Program-made: the position numbers and the translations under genes
Notes under the pieces: model-generated
What the model saw: the letters and a program-made list of their open reading frames with translations, nothing else
What the model was told of the DNA's origin: nothing
Databases searched by the model: none
Origin: the human T2T-CHM13v2.0 reference genome, Homo sapiens
NCBI RefSeq assembly: GCF_009914755.1
Contig: NC_060934.1
Length of the DNA stretch: 64,000 nt
Direction: 5' to 3' (one strand)
Shown: positions 35,640-53,320 of the stretch, piece after piece
How the letters are laid out: every line of letters starts with the position of its first letter
How positions within the stretch are numbered: position 1 is the first letter of the stretch

Positions 35640-36003
35640 GGCCAGGCACAGTGGCTCACACCTGTAATCCTGCACTTTGGGAGGCCGAGGTGGGAGGATT
35701 GTTTGAGCCTGGGAGTTCAAGACTGGCCTGGGCAACATGGTGAGACCGTGTCTCTCCAAAAAATACAGAAATTAGCTGTGCTTAGTGGTGGTATGTGCTA
35801 TAGTCCTGGTGCCATATTCTCAGCTACCTGGGAGGCTGACTATAGCTGGTGCTATAGTCCCAGCTACTTGGGAGGCTGAAGGGGGAGGATTGCTTGAGCC
35901 TAGGAGGTAGAGGCTGCAGTTATCAATGAGCCATGAGATCACACCACTGCACTCCAATCTGGACGACAGAGCGAGACCATCTCAAAAAAAAAAAAAAAAA
36001 AAG
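35640..36003 (+). mobile_element. AluJ-type with internal duplication
   Basis: GTGCTATAGTCC and CAGCTAC(C/T)TGGGAGGCTGA each occur twice in the right arm. Confidence 0.85.
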
Positions 36004-36552
36004 ATAGGGATGTATCTGCATGACTATGGATTAGGCAATGGTTTCTTACATACAACCTAAAGCACACCAACCAGAGGAAAAATAAATTATGCTTTCTCAA
36101 GATTAAAAAGGAGACTATCAAGAAAGCGCAATGACAACTAATAGATTGAGAGGAAATATTTACAAATTATATACATGATAAAGGTCAATTACCTAGAATA
36201 TATATACTTCAAAGACTCATTTAGAGACAGGGTCATGCTATGTTGCCTAGACTAGTGTTGACCTTCTGGGCTCAAGTTATCCTCCTGCCTCAGCCTTCTG
36301 AGTAGCTGGGACCATAGGCCTATACTACCACAACTGGCTGTGGAGTATATAAAGAACTCTTACCACTCAATAATGTGGACAAAACCCAATTTAAAAATGA
36401 GCAAAGGCTTTAAATAGAATAAAAATGAAACATTTAAGATTGTTGAAAGTGGTTGCCTCTGGGGAGTGGAATATGGTGAGGCAGATGTCTGGATTGGAGG
36501 GGACGAGCTATTGTGAACAATAAACCTTGTATCACTATTTGGCTCTCTGGAT

Positions 36553-40790
<4,238 letters not shown>

Positions 40791-41664
40791 TTTTGGGGAG
40801 GGTGGGGAAGATGGCAATACTCCACAAATTGGTGTGCAGATTCAATGCAATTCCTATCAAAATCCCAGCCTCTTTTTTTTTGTTTTGTTTTGTTTTGCAG
40901 AAATTTACAAGCTGATGCTAAACACACATGTGATAGGATCAGGGCTCAGGCTCAGGTCTGAGCCTCAATCTGACACTCTCTGTGGAGTGTCAGGAAATAA
41001 CAGATAAATAACATCGAATTTGAAGGTTTGCCGAGAAGTGAGAGAAAAAACTCCCTTTGCCTGCCTCCTAGGCTTCAAAGCTGTCTGGGCCAAGACGTCA
41101 ATTTAGCTGCATCATGGGTCAATGAGGCCTTTGCGAATTAGGCAAATAAATCAAGTTACTAGAGTTTAAGCTGTGTTTTCTTTCAGTATTCCAATGAATC
41201 ACTTTTTGACCTTTGGAATTATTAGGTACTTGTCAAGACTGATAAAATTTAGCTGGAGATATTGCAGATATGGGCGATAAATATGACTGAATAAAGTCTG
41301 AAACCATTCAAGACTATAAAATGTGTTTGAGATTTAGGCGAGGAGGAAAGACCTTTTGAAAATTATGAAGGCTATTAACAGGCTGAACATGACTTCAATT
41401 CACCATATCTCAGAATCGGTAGGTACTCCTATAAAAGTGTGAGTGAGATAGTTAACTCATGTTAACAGGCTCCGTGTAATGATGCACAAATTCACAGTAG
41501 TGCTGGGTATGCGGCACGTCAAAGGCCCAAATGCCTTTTATTATGAAAGACAGGCCAAATCTAGTCAAGTTTTAGAGTTACCTATACTTACTGTATTTCT
41601 ATATTAGGTTATTTCATGACATTTATTTCATGACTTTTTTCCTAAAAATGAATCTGAATAGCTT

Positions 41665-41965
41665 TATTTCTTTTCTCTTTCTTCTTGAGATGTGGTCTTG
41701 TTTTGTCACTTAGGCCAGAGTGCAGTGGCACGATCACAGCTCATGGTAGCCTCAACCTCCCAGGCTTAAGGGATCCTCCCATCTTAGTAGTTGGGACCAC
41801 AGCCATGCACCATCACGCTTGGATAACATTTTCATTTTTTGTAGAGACGGGGTCTCGCTATATTGCCTAGGGTGGTCTTGAACTTCCAGGCTCAAGTGAT
41901 CCTCCCACCTCAGCCTCCAAAACCTCCAAAAATGCTGGGATTACAAGCACCAGCCACCATGCCCA
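41665..41965 (-). mobile_element. Alu (AluJ-type)
   Basis: Reverse Alu dimer. Confidence 0.85.
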
Positions 41966-42421
41966 GACTTTATAGTTTAATTTCATAGGCATTTGTCCAT
42001 GGTGGGGGAAATGCTGAGAAAGAAAGTAGAGAAAAATACACTTTATTTCCTATTTAAGTAGACCTTATTTTGTTTAACTATACTGATACTGATAGGGCAA
42101 GTATTATATTATTAAGTAACTATTAACATTCTATTAACTATACTGATAGGCCAAGCATTTTATTAAATAATTATGTATATTCTATTCAAACAAATTAGAA
42201 GCCTTCTAGATTAAAAATATATGTATAGAAAGGTTTAAACTGCCTGAAAATTAGAAGGTAAATGACAAATATTTACATATCATAGGAAAGAATGTTCAGA
42301 TCACACACAAAGAACATATAAACACAGATAATAGTAAGATACGAAGACATCAAGCAAACGAAGATTAGTGTCTTCAAAAATGTTGTATGTTTGGCAAAAG
42401 CTCCTATCACAAATAGTAGGA

Positions 42422-42914
<493 letters not shown>

Positions 42915-43324
42915 TTATAGTACATTTTCATGTCTTCTCATCCTTAGAACAACTCATAAGGTAGGCAATGCCATTTTAAAGGTGAGAAAATAAGGGATCA
43001 AAAAAGTAGGTTATAAAAACAAGATAGTAGAACCAGGACTCAAATTCCCATTCTATTAATTCCCCACTGAAAAATATACCAAATCTTAATTAAGATTAAT
43101 TGTAATATAATTATATTCCATCTAAATGGTGAATTTTAAAGAGAATAAAAATCATATCTGTTTATGTTTGTATATAGATAATTTAGTATTATGTAAAGCA
43201 TTGTGACAACCAGTTTGAATTTACTTGGAACTGACAGGATAAAAAGTAAGGTTTTTATTGGCTTAGTTAAGATATTTGTCACTAGCATGAGATCCTGACC
43301 TAAAAACTTCAGATCACAGTACTA

Positions 43325-43806
<482 letters not shown>

Positions 43807-44095
43807 AGATCACAGTACTTCTTAAATATGGGTATAGGTGTCTAATAATATGAAGATATTAATTACCTTTTAAATAAGAAAATAATAATACAAAAAGCAA
43901 AAAAAAAAAAAAAAACAAGACTCATAAAAACAAAACCAAACAAAACAGAAAATGATAAAGGATATAGATATTAAGTAGGTGACCTTTATATGGCAAAACA
44001 CTCAATGAGTTAATTCTTTACTTTTTTCATTCCATTTGAAAAGCAATGGGGACTATTGATTTCACTGATATGGGGGATACAGAGAAGCCCAGTAA

Positions 44096-44452
<357 letters not shown>

Positions 44453-44740
44453 CTTTCATACTTACGGTATAGTTCTTGGGATAGATCTTAACACCAGCTT
44501 TAGCACCCCCAAACGGCACATCTGAAAGAGAAGGTTGATGGTTGCTATTCCATATAAAGGTTAAAAAAGTAAAATGACAGAAAGCGCCACATGATATTAG
44601 AAAAACGTGTGATGCTTTAAGCTTGAATTTCTGAAAGTTCAAGAAATAAACCTACCATCGTTTTCTCAACTGTACTTTAAACAACATTTATTGAACAGGA
44701 ATTGTTCAATAAAATTGGCTAGCCAAGTTCTAATATATAT

Positions 44741-47700
44741 ATATAAAACATAATAATAATTAACCAATAATAATAAATACTTAAACCTCTAATCCATAGA
44801 TTGCAAATGCAACAATGATAGCTTATTTTCTTGGGGAACAGGAGTGGGTAGGGACAGAGGGAACGGGAACAGGACTTTTGCTGAAAGGAGGGATGACAGG
44901 AACACAAGGCTGTGGGTGAAAAGAAGAACAAATAGAAGAAACAGCAGAGAAGGCGGCTGGCTGGGGTGGGGCGGGCGCCTCCCTGGCCCTGCTCCAGGAC
45001 TCAGGACTGGGTCCCGCCTGGGCCGCCCCTCCTGCCAAGCCCCTGGCCTCTTCCCAGGGTGACTGGCCCACTCCTAGACCCTAGGACATCTGAAGGGCAG
45101 GAGTCCCAACGGCCTGAGAGGGTATGGGCCAGGAGCAGCAGGCTGACCCATCTGGGCCCAAAAGCCACCTGTGTTTGGGGGCTGGAATGCTGTCTAGAAA
45201 GAGGGCGCCCTGGGAAAGGGGCGCACGAGAGTTTCTCTCCTGAGAGGCCCCCATGCAGGTCGGGTCAACAAGGGGGCTTTATCTGCCTTGAGGCAGCGCT
45301 CCCTAAGTGAAGCAGGCCTACCCCAGAAGCACAGGGGCTTGGCTGGCGCCTGAACTCCCTGTGCGAGGCAGCACCTGCTCATGGAGCCCCTCAGCCTGCA
45401 GGTGCACACCTGGTTTCCAAGTCCTGCCTGGGGCCTTGCTAGGTGGGGGACGGACCTGGAACAGGACCCTAAGCCCACCCCCTCCTCATACCTGGCGGTC
45501 CAGGGCTCCCCGCCCAGTGGAGCCAGCACAGGCTAGCCAGGCCCCCCTCCTGCCTGACCCCCGGAGGCCAAGCTCCTCTCCTGCAGTAGTGCCGCCCTGC
45601 CAGTCAGGTAGCTCTGGGGGCAGGGGCAAAGGAGAAGGGAGGGCCGCAGCCCTCTGGGAATGGCCTTTCTGAGGCACTCAGTGGCTGGACTGGGGCTCTG
45701 GCAGGAGTTGGGGCATTAATAACACCCCCATCCTCCCCTGGGCTCCGCCTCATCTGACCCTCCAGAACCCCCTGCCCCAAGCCCCTACACACACTGTTCT
45801 ATTCCTCAGCCCCTCTCAACGCCCTGGCACCATGGGGCCCAATGCATGTCCTCCCCTGAGAGGGAACAGCTCTGGGGCAACGGGCAGCGGGGTGCCCTCC
45901 CTGCCACCAAGATTTGGTGCCTAGAGCTGGTGGAGGGCTGGCCGCACCTCTCTGGGGCACACCAGGTCCTGCTCCCCCAGCCTATGGCTTTGGGGCGGAG
46001 CCCGAAGGGAGAGAGCAGGGGCGGTGGGTGGGGGAAGAAGGGTGTTTCTGCGGCTCGGTTTGTGGCAAGAAAGTTTTTTTTTTTTTCAACTTTCTCTTGT
46101 GTAAAAAGTTCACGAAAGCTCGGCAGCCTCTGCAAATGTCAGCAGTGTTTCCTGGGGCGGGGGAACAGGGAGGGGCCCCAGGCCTGGCCTGCAACTTGCG
46201 ACTGAAGGTGGCCTCTTATTGCTTAGAAACGCGTGTTTCGGTTTAAATACCAGACAGTAAAAATAGAGCTCGAGGACCACCCGCACTGTTGCCAAATCAG
46301 TGCCAGAATGAACAGCTTAAATAAATAAAAAATCGAAATATTTACTTCTGGATAAAAATCGCAGTAAAACCATTTGCCTTTCTTTGCATTATATATAATA
46401 TATATTTATAACTGCCCAGCTGCGGGCGGCGGAGCCGAGGGCAGCGGAGGGGTCAGGACATCTCGATGACCTCCACGCTGCCCGAGAAGCTCCCCTGCTT
46501 GCCCAGGGCGGCCAGCTCCTCGCTGCGCGCGCGCCCCTCCACCATGCCCTCCTCGAACTCCATCTGGCAGCTGCAGCACTTGAAGTGCGAATCCGGGGCC
46601 AGCTCGTCTGACCAGCTGGTCCGCGCGTCCCGGGCTCAGCCGTTGCTGCCTCCCGCCGTGGCAGGTCGCTGCAGCCGTTGGGTTCCGGGGCGCCCGCCCG
46701 GCCGAAGGGCGCAAACAGCACCCTGCCCGGCCCTTGCACGCCCTCGGGGCTGAAGCACCGAGGACGCTTCAGGGAGTCGAGCGGTGGCGTCCAGGCTCCG
46801 GGGCTGGCCGGCTGGCCAGGGCCCGGCAGCCGCGTAGCCGAAGTTCAGGCCGCGCGCGGGATAGCGCGCCGGGCCGTGGGTGTGCCTGGGCGCGGCGTCC
46901 GGGCAGGGCGAGGGCAGGCCCAGCATGGCCCCGACTGGCTGTCCAGCTTTCAGAGAGCTTCGGGGCCTCGCCGGGGTCGCTGGGCCCGGGCCTCCGGGCC
47001 GCCTGCTGGGGGCGTAGGCCGACTTGATGTCCAGAGAGAAGGAGGGCTTGAGGCGGCTGGTGTCCTGCAGGTGGTCCGAGGAGAGGCGCAGGCTGCGCAG
47101 GCCCTGCTGCAGCGTGCTGGTGGCCGTGGGGGGCGCCGGGGGCTTCCTGCCCGCGCTCGGGCCGCCCTCCCTGGCAGCCGCACTCCTGGTGGCAGCGGTC
47201 TCTGAGGTAGGTGGTGGCAGCCATGGCAGTGGGGCCCCGGCCGCAGGGCTGGGGGGAGGCTCCTGCATTCCTGAGGGGGTGCCCGCGTCGCCCTGCACGG
47301 CGGCCAGCAGCTTCGGGCTGCTCTGGTACTCCAGCAGCTGGCCCAGGAAGTTGAAGTTGGGCGAGATGGACGGGCGCTGGTCCTTCACAAACCTGTAGGC
47401 GTCTTCGGAGGACATGCCCATGGTCTTCATGATGTAGGCGATGGCGATAGTGGCACAGCAGGAGATGCCGGCCAGATGGTGGACGATGACTTGGCAGCTG
47501 GACAGCTTGGCTTTATCGATGAACTCGATGGACTTGTCCAGCCAGGGCAGCAGCTTTTCACAGTAGTTGTCGTTGATGGGGACCTGCAAGAAGTGGCTCT
47601 GGTAGATGAAGTCAGGCTTGGGGCAGGAGTTGCTGGCATAGAGGACGTAGCTTATTCCATTCTGCGTCATCAGATCCTTGTTCAGGACGTCTTCCTGCGA

Positions 47701-48443
47701 GCCCAGGTAGAGGTGAGGCAGGATGAGGGTCAGGCCCACGCTGGGCACGAGCAGGCAGGACTGGGAGAGGCTCATGGGTAGCAGGGCAGCAGGCTCGCCC
47801 TCGCAGAGGTCGGGGAAGCAGGAGGAGAAGGTGGCGAAGCCCCCCGTGATGATGGCCATGCTGTGGAAGCAGCCGGCCACGCTGTGGAAGCAGCCATCCA
47901 GCTTGCTCAGCAGGATGGAGAGGAAGCTGTCTGCGGCCGCGTGCTCTGGTCATAGACCACCACGTCCTGTGGCTCAGTGGCCTCCACCTGGCTGCGTGCA
48001 GCCGGCTGGATGAACTCCACAATGGTCACCTTGCCCTTCTGCAACCGCCACTTCACCAGCTTGGAGCAGCAGATGTTGACGGAGCTGAGCACATGCCAGC
48101 TGTTGTACTCCAGGAAGAAGTGACTGTCGATGACCAGGCCCCCCCAGGCCCGCCCCGCAGCAGGCTGGCCAGCTTCTTGGCGTCCATCACCTTCCTGGGG
48201 AGCCGGTCCCCGGCCATGATGGGGCAATGGGTCTTGGGGAGGGTGACCCCTGAAGTGAGGAGGGGCTGCTCCGACGGCCCAAGTGTGGCCTCGCACTGGG
48301 AATAACCTAGCACATGATGCCGGACCTTGCTTGCGCTCACCTCGGGGGTGCTCCGAGGACCCGCACCGCGCTCAAGGCGCCCGCTCGGCTGTGCAGTCCA
48401 TGGGCCAGGCGGGGGCCCGCGCAGCTGGGGCGGGGGCTGGGGC
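44741..48443 (-). pseudogene. DUSP8P: Processed DUSP8 pseudogene (5'UTR, CDS remnant 48217-46453, long 3'UTR) inserted in GLUD1P intron 2
   Basis: Intronless MAGDRLPRKVMDAKKLASLLRGGPGG...; LTLILPHLYLGSQEDVLNKDLMTQNGISYVL...RPSISPNFNFLGQLLEY; C-terminal FSGSVEVIEMS*; several frameshifts; active-site HCLAGISRS changed to HHLAGISCC; TSD TCTAATATATAT at 44729-44740 and 48444-48455. Confidence 0.96.
46400..48440. other. CpG-rich island imported with the DUSP8 retrocopy
   Basis: Very high GC and many CpGs, densest at 46420-47200 and 48340-48440. Confidence 0.75.
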
Positions 48444-48784
48444 TCTAATATATATTTAATCAGTGCTCTTCACCACTTTAAAAAGATAATAGCTTATTTA
48501 CTCTCCTTCTACTATAATTTGGTCTTATTTATAGAATATGTTGAGGAATTGAAAACAAAGATCTAGACTTAAAATCCAATTAGCTCCCTCCCGTAAAAAA
48601 AATCCCTCCCGTAAAAAAAGGCTATATCTTAATTTAGAGTAATTGAAAAATGATGCAGGTCTTAAAGAGTACAACTTAAAAAAAAATCAGTTCTGATAAG
48701 GTATATTTCTATAGCATCTTAACAGTAACATGTGTGTAAACATATTTCCCCAGAGTTCTCATTAGGTAGCAAGAAAAGCGATCA

Positions 48785-48883
<99 letters not shown>

Positions 48884-49219
48884 TTAAAAAATGTGTTGGG
48901 GTGGGTGAGAAAGAAGGAGATATATTTAGAACAAATTTCAGTAAGTTTCAAAAAAGAAAGCTACAAATTGAAAATATCCACTTTTTACATTTTATACCCA
49001 AGCTATGTCCAAAAACACTTGAAGCAGCTCATACATCAGAACACCATAAAAAATGAATATAAAACATTTAAAAAAGCTGCTAATAACAGTAACTATGATT
49101 TCACAAGACAAAAATCACCCTGCAATGAATTTCTGTACACTTTCCAGAAGGCTTTTTTATGTTCCTTTTACCTTTGGTTTGCGTGACCTGGTTGCAGGGA
49201 GTTCAAGAATTCAGCTTGC

Positions 49220-49562
<343 letters not shown>

Positions 49563-50489
49563 TGAATAGTCACCAGGTTCAAAATACCGTATGTCTAAAC
49601 AGAGGTTTTGGCTTCAAATGGGTATATTGAAAGAGATCCTTACTTGTTATTCTCCTCACCCACTGCCAACCTCTTTCAATTTGAAGATGAGAAAGCCATT
49701 TTCCCTTCCTGAGGTTGAGTGATTCCCTTCACCACTTCTGCAAGAAGGGGAGGTAGCCAAGCAGACAGGTACTAGTGCCCCTGTATCTAGTAGCCATTAC
49801 GTGTTGGTATAGGGTATACAGAAAGTGGGGATGCCCACTGCTTTGGCTTTGGGGGGTCTTGTTCAATTACCCTTCCAAGTTTTGGAGTGCTAAGCCACCT
49901 TTCTTTCTCTATAATCCATTGCTTCTCAATCCCAAGGAGGAAAGTCTGAGCAGGGTTGATGTTTGACTGCACAGTGCTTGGGGCACTGGGTGTTTGTGTG
50001 TGAAGTTTACCCACAAGAAGCTGCAGCATTTTTTCTACCCTCCCACTCTCAACAGATTCAGCCCCTCTCGAGGGGCTGGGTACGATTTCCACTGGGAGTC
50101 ACAGGTAAGTAATGGGAGCCTCAGGGACAGCTCTTTTAAAGAATTCTGAGAATAAAAGTTTTTCAGATAGAAAATATACAATATCTCAGGGACTGGCAGT
50201 TTGAGAGAACTTCCCTAGTCAATTTTAAAAGCTAGCTTTTTTATATGTTTCTGAAAACATCAACCTTAATATTAATAATATTTTAAGAGAATGTATTTAT
50301 TATACAGATCATAAAGAGCATATTCTAAGCTGAACATACTTATTTGGTCTACTGTAAAAACAAATTATATTTAGGGGAGTATGTGCTTACAACTATATCT
50401 TGTATATAATTGATTCTCAAATTGTGAAATAAATGTACTCATTAAACTTTTAGAATGCAAAATTACAGGTAATTTTTCTAGCACACAGC

Positions 50490-50805
50490 AGATATCTGTA
50501 TAGCTGACTCCCCCATCTCATTCAGGTCTCTGTTAAAAACTTCATTCTGAGAGGCTCTCCCTGACCACTGTATTTAAAAGAGCACCTCTTTCTCACTCCC
50601 ACTTTCCTGCCTCTCCTACCTTACTTGTTTCTTCATATCGTTTATTATTACTGACTTTGCATTATACATGTGTTTAGTATCTGGCTTCCCTACCTGGCAA
50701 GTTAGCACCACGAGGGCAGACTTTGTTATGTTCACTGCTTTAATTCCTGGTTCCTAACATAGAAAATGGCATACATTAGGCACTCAAATACATGCTGAAT
50801 TAATA
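50490..50805 (+). mobile_element. L2 3' end
   Basis: AGAGGCTCTCCCTGACCACT...GTTCACTGCT...GGCACTCAAATACATGCTGAAT. Confidence 0.7.
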
Positions 50806-50899
50806 TACGAATATTCTGACTCTTAAAATTTTAAAAAGAAAGAAAAGCTATGGCCACAAAAAATTTTGACATACATGTACTTTTAAATAACTTACCATA

Positions 50900-51405
50900 A
50901 GCCTCCATACATATCATGAAAGGACTCAGTATACAACATTGGGGATGGGGGTGACGGGGAGATGATGGTCAAAGGGCACAAAGCCTCAATTAGACAGGAG
51001 GAATACATTTCTTGGAGATAAATTGCACAGCATGGTGAATACAGTAAATAATAATAGATTACACATTTGGCCCAACATGGTAGTTCACGCTTGTAATCCC
51101 AACACTGGAAGGCTGAGGTGGGAGGATCACTTGAGCTCAGGAGTTTGAAACCAGCCTGGCCAACATAGTGAGACCTCATTTCTACAACAACAACAAAAAG
51201 TACTGCACATTTCAAAATCACTGAGTAAATTTCAGATGTTCTCACCAGAAAAAATGATAATTATTTGCAATTGTTTCCAGTGGTGAACAGGTTAATCAGC
51301 TTGACTTAATTATGTAATGTTGTATTCATAAATCATAAAATTACTTTGTACCTCATAAATATACATCTACAATTTGTCAATTTACAATTTAAAAAATAAA
51401 AAAAT
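50900..51405 (+). mobile_element. Old L1M 3' end with an Alu monomer (51069-51200) inside
   Basis: GGTCAAAGGGCACAAAGCCTCAATTAGACAGGAGGAATA...TGTACCTCATAAATATACATCTACAATTTGTCAATT plus A-rich tail. Confidence 0.8.
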
Positions 51406-53009
51406 TGAAAGGCTTTCCAGTCAGATGAGGCCCACAGAAAAGGAAAAAAAAATTGTAAATAATATTAAGATGAATCCTTTGTATCTTAAAAAAAATTGAG
51501 TTGGGTGTGGGGCATGTGCCCGTAGTCCCAGATGCTCAGGAGGCTGGGGCAGGAGAATCGCTTGAGCCCAGGAGTTGCAGGCTGCAGTGAGCTACGCTCA
51601 GGTCACTGCACTCCACCCCAGCAACAGAGCCAGACCTTTTCTCAAAAAAAAATTGTTTCAACACTAAAATGTGCTTTTCAAATTATTCAAAATGCTTCTA
51701 AGTAATACCACATATTTAATGATAACTACACTAAGCCAGGAAAATAGTCAGGCGCTGTGCCCAGGCGACCCAGCCTGCACCATCCGCTTGCATGGAGGGG
51801 TGCTAACGCCGCCCTCCTACGATGGGCGTCACAACTGCGAGGAACATTGCACATGGGGAATCTGGCACGGTGCCCTGCAAGTGGTCAAACAGGCAAATCT
51901 CAACTGTTACCACTGCTATAACAAGTATTACAAAGCAATGGCATGTAACAAAGCAATTAAAAAGTCTAAACTGACAGGAGTTTGAACAAATGACTTAAAC
52001 CTTGGTTTCATTACTTCTACATAAATTCACGGGAAGTGGTAAAACAATGTATTAATTAAGAACTAGTATTTCTTCTCCCACACATAAATCACTTTTTTCA
52101 TTGCTCTTTTAGAGCCTGTGGAAGTCATCACTACATTATTTTTAATTTTCCTTGCTTTCTTAAGTGGAGGAAAAGTTACTTTCTTTTAACTTAGAAACTT
52201 AAAAATTTTAACTTGCATTTAGCAGGGAGCTAAAAACTGCTGGAACCAATGATATTCATAAATCAAACAGAAGCATTCAAATGGCAAGCCTAATATTCTA
52301 GAAATAGATGTTACTAAAAATTAGGAACCAGACCCCTGCTTCCACACAACAGTGTAAACAGAATGTCCATTTTATCATAAGTCATGGAATGATATGAGTC
52401 AGAAACTGTGTGTGTATAACAAAAGACATGTTCCGCTGGATGGAACCCAGGAATTCTTGTTTGTAAAGTTAAATTTTCTTTCCCAGCTACACCCATTTAG
52501 AGAGCTCAACCTGCTAAACAGTGAAGAGAAGCAGTTTCACAAATTACCTCTCACACCACAGGCATTTTCTGTAGGCTATGAACCAATAAAGGTTCAGTGA
52601 ATGGAAGTACAGGAGGTATAAAGAAAGTACCAGCTTAGTGGAAGAAGCCCTGGAGCCAACAGAGTAGGGACAAGGAGGGGATAGAAGTGAATGCAAGTGA
52701 TATTGCCTGGGCTAAAGAAGAAACATTTTCATTTTAAATTTCTAGTTAACCAGTGATACACACATGTTTTTAATTCTAGAAATTGGCAAATACCGAGTAC
52801 TGGGATACCTAAACCGTTAATCTGAAAAAAAAAAAATTTTAAAGTTGCACCCATTAATAAAATAGTCTGCAGCGATACTTGAGACAAAACAATCTCCAAT
52901 AAGACACAATGTACCCACACAGAGAAAAAGCCAGTTACTCTTCCTTCTCTGGGTTTGGAAACCAAAGATAACTATCAAAAATATACTGTCACCTGAAAAT
53001 TCTTAACTA

Positions 53010-53320
<311 letters not shown>

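Noticed and set aside
44823-47781. Multiple overlapping + and - strand ORFs around DUSP8P
   Set aside because: Shadow ORFs of GC-rich CDS and UTR with low stop-codon frequency.
48585-48619. TCCCTCCCGTAAAAAAA tandem duplicate (similar short duplications near 38660-38725 and 42075-42165)
   Set aside because: Ordinary slippage-type micro-duplications with no further structure.
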